From Squalus acanthias (lineage: Eukaryota): 64,000 nucleotides of DNA. A program made the translations under genes and the position numbers. Positions 53,111 through 64,000 of the stretch are shown one piece after another; position 1 is the first letter of the stretch, and the number at the start of each line of letters is the position of its first letter. The stretch spans positions 312,001 to 376,000 of the forward strand of contig JASTWF010000341.1 in the NCBI GenBank assembly GCA_030390025.1, in the 5' to 3' direction. The notes beneath the pieces are model-generated. The model saw only the letters and a program-made list of their open reading frames with translations. It was not told the origin of the DNA and did no database searches.

Positions 53111-53254
53111 TGGCCTCTTCACTCAGGAACTTATCAAGTTCCCTTTTAACAGACTAATAAATCCATATCCAACACTACTTCAGCAGTCTGTTCCAAAGGC
53201 AATGACTGAAAGGAAATACTTCCTGATATCCAACTTAACACTTATGAGAAAAGT

Positions 53255-53536
53255 GACCAGAAAATCTGTTTATTTAGTGAGTTGAGGGGAAATGTTGGCA
53301 TAGATGCTAGAAGAACTCCCTGCTCTTCTTCAAGTAGTGCTCTGGGATCTTCTTTTACATCCACCTGAGAGGGCAGGCGAGGCCTCAGTTTACATCACAT
53401 CTGAAAGACAGAACTTCCAAAAGTGCAGCGCTTCCTCAGTGTTAGCCTACATTATGTGTTCAAGTCTCTGGACGGAGCTTGAACCGACAACCTTCTGATT
53501 CAGAATTGAGAGTACTTTCACTGAGCCAAGGCTGAC
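53255..53536 (-). mobile_element. 5' part of the DeuSINE-like SINE
   Basis: Similar to 34390-34646, including the tRNA-like head. Confidence 0.75.
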
Positions 53537-55858
53537 CCCTAACCTTTTCATAATTTTAAAACTTCAATCATAACTCCTTGAAGCCTGTGTTTCTCTCCAG
53601 TGAATAGTACCAAGTCTTTGATCATATCCTGGTACTTAAAAGCCCTAAGGTTAGGTATCATTCTGGTTGCCCTCCTCTGCACCTTCTCTAAAGCCTCGAT
53701 AACCCCTGCCATAAGAAGGGACCAAAAGTGGAGACAATACTTCAAGTGCGGATGTACTAAGGCATTGCATAGCCGAAGGATAATACTCTTAATTTTATTC
53801 TTAATGGTCTGGGATCTTCTTTTACAAACCTAACTCCCTATTTATTTTCTCCAAATCCACCTCACACTGTTTGTAAATTTTTAATGAGTTATTAATGAGT
53901 TTTCAACTATTACCTGAAGTCTCTCTCTGTTAATCTGTAACTTTTGACAGATACCCCTGCATATCACAGTCATACCTGGTATTTCTCAACCCCAAATGAT
54001 TAGCACTGTACTGGTCCGCATGGAAGGAATCTGCCACTCGCAGACCCATTCCCCTTACTTATTCAAATCAGTCTGCAACCTATTGATTTGGTTTAAATGA
54101 CTAATCATTGCGCATATTTTTGTGTTGTCTGTGAAGTTACTAATGATTCCATTGATAGTTAAGAACATAAGAAATAGGAGCAGGAGTAGGCCATTTGGCC
54201 CCTCGAGCCTGCTCCACCATTCACTAAGATCATGGCTAATCTTCTACCTCAACTCCACTTTCCTGCACTATCCCCATATCCCTTGGTTCCCTTAATATCC
54301 AAAAATCTATCGATCTCTGCCTTGAATATACTCAACGACTGAGCCTCCACAGCCCTCTGGGGTAGAGAATTTCAAAGATTCACCACCCTCTGAGTGAAGA
54401 AATTTCTCCTCATCTCAGTCCTAAATAGCCGACCCCTTATTCTGAGACTGTGACCCCTGGTTCCAGACTCCCCAGCCAGGGGAAACATCCTCCCTGCATC
54501 TACCCTGTCAAGCCCTGTAAGAATTTTGTATGTTTCAATGAGATCACCTCTCATTCTTCTAAACTCTAGAGAATATAGGCCTAGTCTACTCAATCTCTCC
54601 TCATGGGACAATTCCCCCATCCCAGGAACCAGTCTGGTGAACCTTCGTTGCATTCCCTCTATGGCAAGTATATCCTTCCCTAGGTAAGGAGACAAAACTG
54701 TACACAATACTCCAGGTGTGGTCTCAGCAGGGCCCTATATAATTGCAGTAAGACATCTTTACTCCTATACTCAAATCTTCTTGTAATAAAGGCCAACATA
54801 CCATTTGCTTTCCTAATTACTTGCTGTACCTGTATGTTAACTTTCAGTGATTCGTGTACAAGGACACCCAGATCCCTCTGAACACCAACATTTCCCAATC
54901 TCTCACCATTTAAAAAATACACTGCTTTTCTATTTTTCCTACCAAAGTGGATAACTTCACATTTCTCCACATTATATTCCATTTTCCACGTTCTAGCCCA
55001 CTCACTTAGCTTCTCTATATCCCCTTGAAGCCTCTTTGCATCCTCCTCACAACTTACATTCCCACCCAGCTTTGCATCATCAGCAAACTTGGATATATTA
55101 CATTTGGTCCCCTCATCCAAATCATTGATATAGATTGTGAATAGCTGAGGCCCAAGCACTGATCCTTGAGGTACCCCACTAGTAACAGCCTGCCAACCCG
55201 AAAATGACCCGTTTATTCCTACTCTCTGTTCTCTGTCCGTTAACCAATCCTCAATCCATGCTAGTATATTACCCCCAATCCCATGAGCCCTAATGGCACC
55301 TTATCGAATGCCTTCTGAAAATCCAAATACACCACATCCACTGGTTCCCCCTTATCTATTCTGCTAGTTACAACCTCAATAAACTCTACCAGATTTGTCA
55401 AACCCGATTTCCCTTTCATAAATCCGTGTTGAATCTGACCAATCCTATTATTATTTTCTAAGTGCCCTGTTACCACGTCCTTAATAATAGATTCTAGCAT
55501 TTCCCTACTACTGATGTCAGGCTAACTGGTCTGTAATTCACCGTTTTCTCTCTCCCTCCATTCAGAAATAGTGGGGTTACATTTGCTACCTTCCAATCCG
55601 CAGGAACCATTCTAGAATCTATGGAATTTTGAAAATGACAACCAATGCATCCACTATCTCTATAGCCACCTCTTTCAAAACCCTAGAATGTAGGCCATCA
55701 GGTCCAGGGGATTTATTGGCCTTCAGTCCCATTAATTTCTCCAGTACTATTTTTTTACTTATGCTAATTTCTTTCAGTTACTTTTTCTCGCTAGACCCTT
55801 GGTTCTCCACTATTTCCGAGAAGTTTTTTGCGTCTTCTTCTGTGAAGACAGACACAAA

Positions 55859-56516
55859 GGGCTGGATTTTGAATGACCCATGGAGTCGGGTTTGGAGGCG
55901 TGTGGGGGGTTAAATTTGCGGGGTCGGGGGTCCCGACCCCATCCCGACTCCACGCAATTTTGACAAAATCAGTCGCGGGGTTCCCAACTCCGTCCCGCCT
56001 CCACGAGGCGGGAGAGGCCATTAAAGCCCTTAACAAGCCCTAAATTGGCTCTGTAATGCCATTTTGAAACGTTTTAGCGAGTTTAACCCTTTTCCGACGT
56101 GATGTACGCCTGGTGTGAAACACTCCAGTGAAACCTGGCGGGAGCACAAGTGGATAGCTGACTATCAGCTGCAGGTCCACTATTACAACAGAGATGTGAT
56201 GAAGGTAGTATTAGGTGTGAAATTCGCCTCTGATGCTGCTGCTGCATTGAATGTCTTCAGAGACTGTAGCCAGGCAGGTCGTCTCTCACCAACAGCCAGA
56301 CAGTCTCTGAGTCCAGCCAGTCAGCAATGATGACATCATCAGAGGCGACTTTCAGACTGAAACCACTAATTAGTTCATGGGTTCCCACATGCTTGAACTC
56401 AATTGCCCAATTAAGTGAAAATTGCATCATTCATCCACATTAATCTGGAGTCGGGGGGGGTAACACAAAATGCGGATGACACGACCCCAACCCGACCCCA
56501 AGACAAAATCCAGCCC
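55859..56516. mobile_element. Harbinger-like MITE inside CR1 ORF2
   Basis: Perfect 13-bp TIR GGGCTGGATTTTG / CAAAATCCAGCCC; 3-bp TSD AAA/AGA; CR1 resumes exactly afterwards. Confidence 0.85.
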
Positions 56517-59030
56517 AGAGTATTTGTTTAATTTCTTTGCCATTTCCTTATTCCCTATTATAATGTCTCCTGTCTCAGCCTGTAAGGGACCCACATTTAC
56601 TTTTGCTAATCTTTTCCTTTTTACATATCTATAGAAGCTTTTACAGTCTGTTTTTATGTCTCTTGCTAGTTTACTCTCATATTCTATTTTCCCTTTATTT
56701 GTCAATTTCTTGGTCCTCCTTTGCTGAATTCTAAAATCCTCCCAATCCTCAGGCTTACACTCATTTTGACAACATTATAAGCCTCTTCCTTTGATCTAAT
56801 ACTCTCTTTAACTTCTCTTGTTAAGCACGGTTGGACCACTTCTCCTGTGGGGTTTTTGTGCCTTAAAGGAATGTATATTTGTTGTAAATTATGTATGAAT
56901 TCTTTAAATGCTCGCCATTGCTTTTCTACCATCATACCTTTTAATGTAGTTTCCCAATCCACCTTAGCCAACTCGCCCCTCATACCTACGTAGTTTGTCT
57001 TGTTTAGATTGAAGACCCTAGTTTTGGATTTAACTAAATCACTTTCAAACTCAATATAAAATTCCATCATATTATGGTCACTCTTCCCTAAAGGCCCCTT
57101 CAATGTTATTAATTAGCCCTTTCTCATTGCACAATACTAGATCTAAAATTGCCTGTTCCTCAGTTGGTTCCTCAACATACTGATCTAGAAAACTATCTTG
57201 CATACATTCCATGAATTCGTCCTCCACACTATTACTGCAAATTTGGTTTGCCCAGTCTATATGTAGATTAAAGTCCCCCATGATTACTGTAATACCTTTG
57301 TTGCATGCACCTCTAATTTCCTGATTTATACTCTGCCCTACATTACAACTACTGTTTGGGGGCCTATAAACAACTCCCACCAATGTTTTCTGCCCCTTGC
57401 TGTTTCTTAGCTCCACCCAAACTGATTCTACTTCTTGATTTTTGGAGCTAAGATCCTTTCTCTCTGTCTTTATCCCCTCGTCCTTTTCTATTTTGCCTAT
57501 CTCTTCTAAAAGTTAAGTATCCTGGAATATTTAGTTCACAACCTTGGCCACATTGCAACCACGTTTCCGTAATGGCTATTAGATCAATCCTGTTCATTTC
57601 TATCTGCGCTATTAATTCATCTATTTTGTTGCAAATGCTTTGCGCATTCAGATGTTATGCCTTTAGCTATGACTTATTTCTCTTTTTCCCTGATGTCACC
57701 TGAGCCACTGATGCCTTATTACCTTTGTTACTCTCTCTGTCCCTTCCTGACCCATTCTGCTTATTTTTATCCAAAACTCTACTTTGCTCTGGAGCCTTGA
57801 CATTTCTCTCACTGCTTTTAAATTTACTCTTTCCTGAATCCTCCCAACCCCCCTTCATTAGTTTAAAGCCCTGTCTACTGCCCTAGTTATTCGGTTCGCC
57901 AGGACACTGGTCCCAGCCCGGTTTAAGTGGAGCCCGTCCCAACAGAACAGCTCCCTCTTTCCCCAGTACTGGTGCCAGTGCCCCATGAACTGAAACCCCT
58001 TCCTCCAACACCACTCTTTGAGCCACGCATTTAAACCTCTAATCTGTTTGTCCCTGTGCCAATTTGCACGTGGCTCAGGTAACAATCCAGAGATTATTAC
58101 CGTTGAGATTCTGCTTTTTAATTTGGATCCTAGCTCCTCAAACTCCCTCAGCAGAACTTCTTTCCTAGTTCTACCTATATCGTTGGTTCCTACGTGGACC
58201 ACGACAACTGGATCCTCCCCTTTCCACTCCAAGTTCTCCTCCAGCCGCGAGGAGACATCCTTTACCCTGGCACAGGCAGGCAACACAACCTTCGGAACTC
58301 CCGGTCACGGCTGCAGAGAACAGTATCTATCCCCCTGACTATACTGTCCCCTACCGCAACTACATTCCCTTTCACTCCCCCCACTTGAATGGCCTCCTGC
58401 ACCATGGTGCCATGGTCAACTTGATCATCCATCCTGCAGGCTTTTCCCTCATCCACGCAGGCAGCAAGAACCTCATACCTGTTGGACAAGGGCAAAGGCT
58501 GAGGCTCCTCCAGCACTGCACCTTGCGTCCCCTTACCTGCCTGGGTTGCAGTCACACCCTCCTGTCCCTGACCACTAACCAGACCTGTACCACTACCTAA
58601 CCTAAGGGGTGTGACTGCCTCCTGGATCAAAGTGTCCAGGTAACTCTCCCTATCTCTGATGCCCTGCAATGTCTGCACCTCAGACTCCAGCTCAAAAACT
58701 CTGAGCTGAAGTTCCTCAAGATGCAGGCCCTTACTGCAAACGTGGCTGTCCGGGATCACAATGCTCTCCACAAACTCCCACATGCTGCAGTTGCGGCACA
58801 CCACCTGCACTGCCATCCCTATATGACCTTGTTTTATTTAATTCAATGTAATTAAATTTGTAATTCGGTCACTTAGTTTGCAGTGTAGTTTCTAGATTAA
58901 GTTATGGGTACTGAAATTAAATATCTACCTGTAACACAAAGCACTACAAGTAGTGTAGGCAAAAAGCAGCAATTCCTTCCCCCTCTTCTCCGAATTCCCA
59001 CTCTTTCCAAATTCCCAAGTAAAACACTCT

Positions 59031-59699
59031 GGGGGAAAAATTGAGTCGGCCCCCACTGGGTCGCTACTTTTAGCGCCCCAAAAAAATTAGCGCCCCCGCG
59101 GCCGATTTTCCCAGGAAGCGCCCCGCGTCCGTCTTGGGGCACTGCGAGGTAATATCGCGGCGCTACGTACCGTGGTACTGCAGGCCTTCCTCCTGACGCA
59201 GCGCATCCCGGTGTCCAGATGGGCCACCAGGAATTGGGAGTGCCGGCAAACGAGCCCGGCACTCAAGAGGAGTGCTGGGCTCACGGAGAGCAGCCGGCAC
59301 CCCGCGGGGGGGCTTCACGGGGGCCGGGGACAGCAACGGGGGCAGGTGCTGGCAGGCGGCCAGCAACAAAAATGGCCGCCCGCCACCTCCCCTTTAACTA
59401 GCGCCGCCCCGGCCGCAGGTAGGCCCCCTTGACCCCATCGGACATAGTGTCCGGCGGTAAGTCAGGGGGCGCTACCGAAGATCGCGGCCGGGGCGCGAGC
59501 GAGTCGCTGCGCACAGTGATGTCGTCATCGCCGGCGGCGCAGCGCCGCGGGGCGCTAACGGTTACCACCGCCGCTAATCTCCCGCTGAGTTTCGCGGGAG
59601 GCGTTGGCGGCGCCGCGCCCGGGCGCTAGTTGCTTTGCGCCCCGTTAGCGCCCTCTTAGGGCGCTAACGGGAGGCGCAAAGCAACCGAATTTTTCTCCC
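59031..59699. mobile_element. GC/CpG-rich Harbinger-like MITE inside the CR1 5' UTR
   Basis: TIR GGGGGAAAAATT / AATTTTTCTCCC (11/12); 3-bp TSD TCT; subterminal hairpin 59629-59685. Confidence 0.8.
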
Positions 59700-60231
59700 T
59701 CTGTTTAAGTACACTCCATTTTAATCTCGCTCTGCGCAGACCATCCAAATAATTAATGAAAATGATGAAAAGCAATGGTCTCAGCACGGCGTCTTGTGAA
59801 ACTCCACTCATGATTAGGCCCCATTCAGATCCACTCCTATTAATGGCAACCTCTGCCTGGATGTAATAGCTCATTGGTGTCGAGTAACTACATTCCAGTT
59901 TCTGTGGTATGTTTGGGCAATGTGATTGGTCCAGATCAATGCAACTGATTTGTTTTTGTCACTGGTGCTGGTAACTACATGACTGTAACAATGAATGCCA
60001 TCCTAATGACAAAGTGACATCACAGATAAGTTTTATCTGATTTTTCTTGGGCTAAATAAAGCCCTTTAGAAATGTGTTACCAAGTTCATAAATAGAAATA
60101 TTGGGATGGGAGGGTTCAACATTTTCTTTCCTTTTTATTGTAAAAATAATGGAGATATATGTAGTACCAATAGGTGAGAAATGGAACATCTCAGATATAT
60201 CAATATGTTAGGAGAACTCTGTGGCATTGTT

Positions 60232-61593
60232 CACTTCTTCTTTCACATGGTAGTAGCAAAGCAAATCAAATGTCAATATCTAAGTCAGATATCCAGGCCA
60301 AAGCTTCCGGTGTAACAGCGTGGATATCTTGTAGGCTGCCTGCGAATTTCCTCTGAGGGCAGTGCGCAATGATGTGCTCCAGGGTCTGATTAGGAGCTCC
60401 ACAGTCACATGATGGGGATGCTTTAATCTTCCATCTATGGAGAAGGTGGCAGCATCTACCATGACCAGTTCTGAGGCGGTTGATGCTTGTCCACTGTTTG
60501 CGAGGAAGGTTTGATCCTTCAAGTTGTAATGTGGGGTCCTCTATAAGGAATCCATTCCATATGTCATAGTTCTTCCGGTCATCGAGGCTGAGGGGAGATC
60601 GCTGAAGGGCTTCGGTGACGGTCCAAAATGGCCTTCTAGATTTGAGACGGGTTGGTGGTAGGTTGTTCAAGTCGGCCTGGATCAGCATGTCTTTGCTGGT
60701 GTAGCGGTTGTATTCTCTGGAGACTACATATTCGCGGTGTAGGTGTGGTGGTGCGATGTTTGCAAGCACGGGTAGCCAAGGTGTTGGTGTCGATAAAAGC
60801 GTACCGCTGATAATTCTCATAGTAGAATTCAGCTGGACATCAACAGATTTGACATGTGGACTTGATAGTCATGCCAGAGACAAGTACTCCGCTGTAGAGT
60901 ACACCAGGGCAAGTGCTGCCGTACGGAGGGTTTGAGCGTCTGCTCCCCATGTGGATCCGGCAAGTTTCTGGATCAAGTTGACCCTACTCTTTAGTTTCTT
61001 CCCAAGGTTCTGGAGATGTTGTCTATATGACAGGGTGCGATCAAGCGTGACTCCTAAATAGGAGCGGCTTTTGGCATGCTTTACCTCTGCGCCACAAAAG
61101 GAGACTTTCAAACCTTGGTTTGCTTGATAGGTGTTGAGGTGGAATGTCGAGGTGACGGTCTTTTGCCGGTTTGACCGAAGTTGCCATCGGCGGAAGTAGG
61201 CCTCCATCCTCTGTAAATCACTGGTCAGGGTCTCCTCGGTGATGGACAGATTCATGTTTTGCGTGGCCAAGGCAATGTCATCAGCGTATACGAACTTGCG
61301 GGACTCTGTTTCGGGCAGGTCACTGGTGTAAACTTTGGATAATATGGATGCCAGGACAGAACCCTGTGGGAGTCCGTTGTTTAATGTCCTCTATCTGCTC
61401 TTCTGGGTGCCAGAGTACACACACAAGCGTCGGTTGCTAAGCATGGAGTTGAGAAGATGGATCATTGTTCTGCAAGGTAAAATGGTGGCGAGCTTGAAAA
61501 GCAGTCCATGCTTCCATACTGTGTCATATGCCGCTGACAGGTCCACGAGTGCTACGGCGGTCTTGAGCTGGCACTGGAAGCCTGCTTCGATGT
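60232..61593 (-). mobile_element. Vingi/Ingi-like (I-group) non-LTR retrotransposon, 5'-truncated
   Basis: VDLSAAYDTVW, GLPQGSVLA, YADD, YLGVTLD, LAGSTWGADAQTLRTAALALVYSTAEY, C-terminal RLRTGHG...CDCG...EHIIAHCP; GAA-type tail; 8-bp TSD GCATTGTT (60224-60231, 61594-61601). Confidence 0.8.
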
Positions 61594-62078
61594 GCATTGT
61601 TTGATAGTTTGGGACCTAGTGTGCGGTTTCTGATGCTTACCATGGTCCCTAAATGTAACAGTGTAATAAGGTAATGATAACACAAATTTACTGAAGCAAT
61701 ATATCACATGGCTATCTTGAAGGGGTAGAAAAATCACAGACATTACTAATATTGAAAGATATAGGCCTCACAAATATATGTGTAATACAACTTACCCATC
61801 ACTTATAAAATGTATTTAAAATGTAAGTAACATTCTTCCCTTACCAAAACCTTTTATTCTCAGTTATTTACATTATAAAGCATATATGTATTGCCCCACA
61901 TCCTTGGGTGTACTTGCAGTATTTGCTCAGCTAGAGTTACATTTTTATTTATTCTTCACTCTTTATTCTCCAAAACCATTCTTTTTCTCATGATGCGGAG
62001 ATGCCGGTGTTGGACTGGGGTGGACAAAAATGAGAAGTCGCACAACACCAGGTTATAGTCCAACAGTTTTATTTAAAA

Positions 62079-62116
62079 TTACGAGCTTTCGGAGCTGTTG
62101 CCCCTTCGTCAGGTAA
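62079..62116 (-). ncRNA. Minimal type I hammerhead ribozyme motif
   Basis: Reverse complement of 63738-63775. Confidence 0.8.
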
Positions 62117-63737
62117 AGGTACAATGAGGGAATCTATTACACAGTACATAAACACAGAAAGCAATTTGTCTGCAGAGATACAATCTTTCAGGGAGGCATT
62201 ACATCAAAGACACACCAGAGCACAGCCAAGACAATGAGATGGGTCACAGGGGGTCCAACGTGTCAAATCCTGCTGTCTGCAGTTGAGCTTTTAACCTTTT
62301 TTTTGTTTTTTTTTTGTTTTGTGCTTTTTAAAATATTTTTATAAACTGGAAAGACAGACAACGATGTCAAGTCACGTTCTGTAGCGTGACATGAACCCGA
62401 GATCCCTATTGAGGCCGTCCTCATGGGTGCGGAACTTGGCTATCAGTTTCTGCTCGATGATTTTGCGTTGTCGTGTGTTTCGAAGGCCGCCTTGGAGAAC
62501 GCTAACCCGCAGATCCGAGGCTGAATGTCCTTGACTGCTGAAGTATTCCCCGACTGGGAGGTAACAATCCTGCCTGGCGATTGTTGCGCGGTGTCCGTTC
62601 ATACGTTGTCTCAGTGTCTGCATGGTCTCGCCGATGTACAATGCTCCAGGGCATCCTTTCCTGCAACGTATGAGGTAGACAACGTTGGCCGAGTCACATG
62701 AGTATGTACCACGTACCTGGTGGGTAGTGTCCTCACGTGTGATGATGGTATCTGTGTTGATGATCTGGCATGTCTTGCAGAGGTTGCCGTGGCAGGGTTG
62801 TGTGGTGTCGTGGTCGCTGTTCTCCTGACAGCTGGGTAATTTGCTGCGAACGATGGTACTTTTGAGGTTAGGCGGCTGCTTGAAGGCGAGTAGTGGAGGC
62901 GTGGGGATGGCCTTAGCCGATGACGATGAACACCTTGCTAAGGCCATCCCCACGCCTCCACTACTCGCCTTCAAGCAGCCGCCTAACCTCAAAAGTACCA
63001 TCGTTCGCAGCAAATTACCCAGCTGTCAGGAGAACAGCGACCACGACACCACACAACCCTGCCACGGCAACCTCTGCAAGACATGCCAGATCATCAACAC
63101 AGATACCATCATCACACGTGAGGACACTACCCACCAGGTACATGGTACATACTCATGTGACTCGGCCAACGTTGTCTACCTCATACGTTGCAGGAAAGGA
63201 TGCCCTGGAGCATTGTACATCGGCGAGAGCATGCAGACACTGAGACAACGTATGAACGGACACCGCGCAACAATCGCCAGGCAGGATTGTTACCTCCCAG
63301 TCGGGGAACACTTCAGCAGTCAAGGACATTCAGCCTCGGATCAGCGGGTTAGCGTTCTCCAAGGCGGCCTTCGAGACACACGACAACACAAAATCATCGA
63401 GCAGAAACTGATAGCCAAGTTCCGCACCCATGAGGACGGCCTCAATAGGGATCTCGGGTTCATGTCACGCTACAGAACGTGACTTGACATCGTTGTCTGT
63501 CTTTCCAGTTTATAAAAATATTTTAAAAAGCACAAAACAAAAAAAAAACAAAAAAAAGGTTAAAAGCTCAACTGCAGACAGCAGGATTTGACACGTTGGA
63601 CCCCCTGTGACCCATCTCATTGTCTTGGCTGTGCTCTGGTGTGTCTTTGATGTAATGCCTCCCTGAAAGATTGTATCTCTGCAGACAAATTGCTTTCTGT
63701 GTTTATATACTGTGTAATAGATTCCCTCATTGTACCT

Positions 63738-63775
63738 TTACCTGACGAAGGGGCAACAGCTCCGAAAGCTCGTAA
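63738..63775 (+). ncRNA. Minimal type I hammerhead ribozyme motif
   Basis: TTAC-CTGACGA-A-GGGGC(aaca)GCTCC-GAAA-GC-TC-GTAA. Confidence 0.8.
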
Positions 63776-64000
63776 TTTTAAATAAAACTGTTGGACTATA
63801 ACCTGGTGTTGTGCGACTTCTCATTCTTTTTCTCCATTATTTACATGATTTAAAAAGGACATATGTTCTCCCTTTACTTTCTATGAATGGATTGTTCTTG
63901 CTGAAGCTGTTATTGGCATAGCTCTGCACCAGGTAGGATTCTCTTACCATCAAATCCCCATTGACTACCACTTAGAGCAGATTCTCATTCACCATATTCT

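Larger units (their letters stand above)
54160..59740 (-). mobile_element. Full-length CR1 LINE (ORF1 zinc finger/coiled coil + SGNH esterase; ORF2 APE + RT), decayed, two MITE insertions
   Basis: ORF1: VCRNCSMWE...VCSK, GDSIVRGID, VHVGTND, DGLHLN. ORF2: GVVYRPP, MGDFN, SDHN, LDFQKAFD, FADD. TTCTTATGTTCTT tail at 54160. Confidence 0.95.
53540..59880 (-). mobile_element. Old CR1 fragment (53540-54159 and 59741-59880) split by a younger CR1
   Basis: SGVSQDAVLRPLLFIIFINYLDG | TINGIISNFTDNTK is continuous across the insertion; LEKVQRRATRMIP. Confidence 0.75.
61988..63825 (-). mobile_element. Penelope-like element forming a near-perfect 1.8-kb palindrome (GIY-YIG + 3' UTR on both strands)
   Basis: Arms about 62029-62917 and 62937-63825, 19-nt spacer; terminal tail on the left only; 13-bp TSD CATTCTTTTTCTC (61977-61989, 63822-63834). 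Confidence 0.95.

Noticed and set aside
57858..58816. Host SGNH esterase/lipase gene
   Set aside because: Intronless, frameshifted and directly upstream of CR1 ORF2, so it is CR1 ORF1.
58897..59629. Cluster of GC-rich ORFs / second gene promoter
   Set aside because: Mostly inside a TIR- and TSD-bounded MITE; open frames reflect low stop-codon frequency.
62372..63482. Two 213-aa ORFs with identical N-termini on opposite strands
   Set aside because: A product of the palindrome: each N-terminus is antisense read-through of the other arm from a non-ATG start.

Overview
Repeat-dense vertebrate genomic DNA. The repeat spectrum (SacSINE1/DeuSINE-like SINEs, CR1 and L2 LINEs, Penelope-like elements) suggests a cartilaginous fish; this is inference. 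Most ORFs in the track are decayed transposon fragments: several L2 copies (one near full length), a full-length CR1 with zinc-finger/esterase ORF1, a Vingi/Ingi-like LINE, two PIF/Harbinger derivatives with Myb/SANT remnants, several 3-bp-TSD MITEs and two hAT-type elements, often nested. Three Penelope-like elements (GIY-YIG endonuclease, one with RT) carry minimal hammerhead ribozyme motifs, and two of them are large inverted duplications (about 1.45-kb and 0.89-kb arms). A CpG-rich segment at about 46.2-47.1 kb looks like a bidirectional promoter (4 CCAAT boxes, 2 ZNF143-type sites, ETS sites) with a candidate first exon on each strand; I cannot name either host gene. The most notable observations are the ribozyme-bearing palindromes, a possible in-frame splice from the host exon 1 into an intact Penelope GIY-YIG ORF, and an isolated 38-bp hairpin that is fully paired only on the minus strand.
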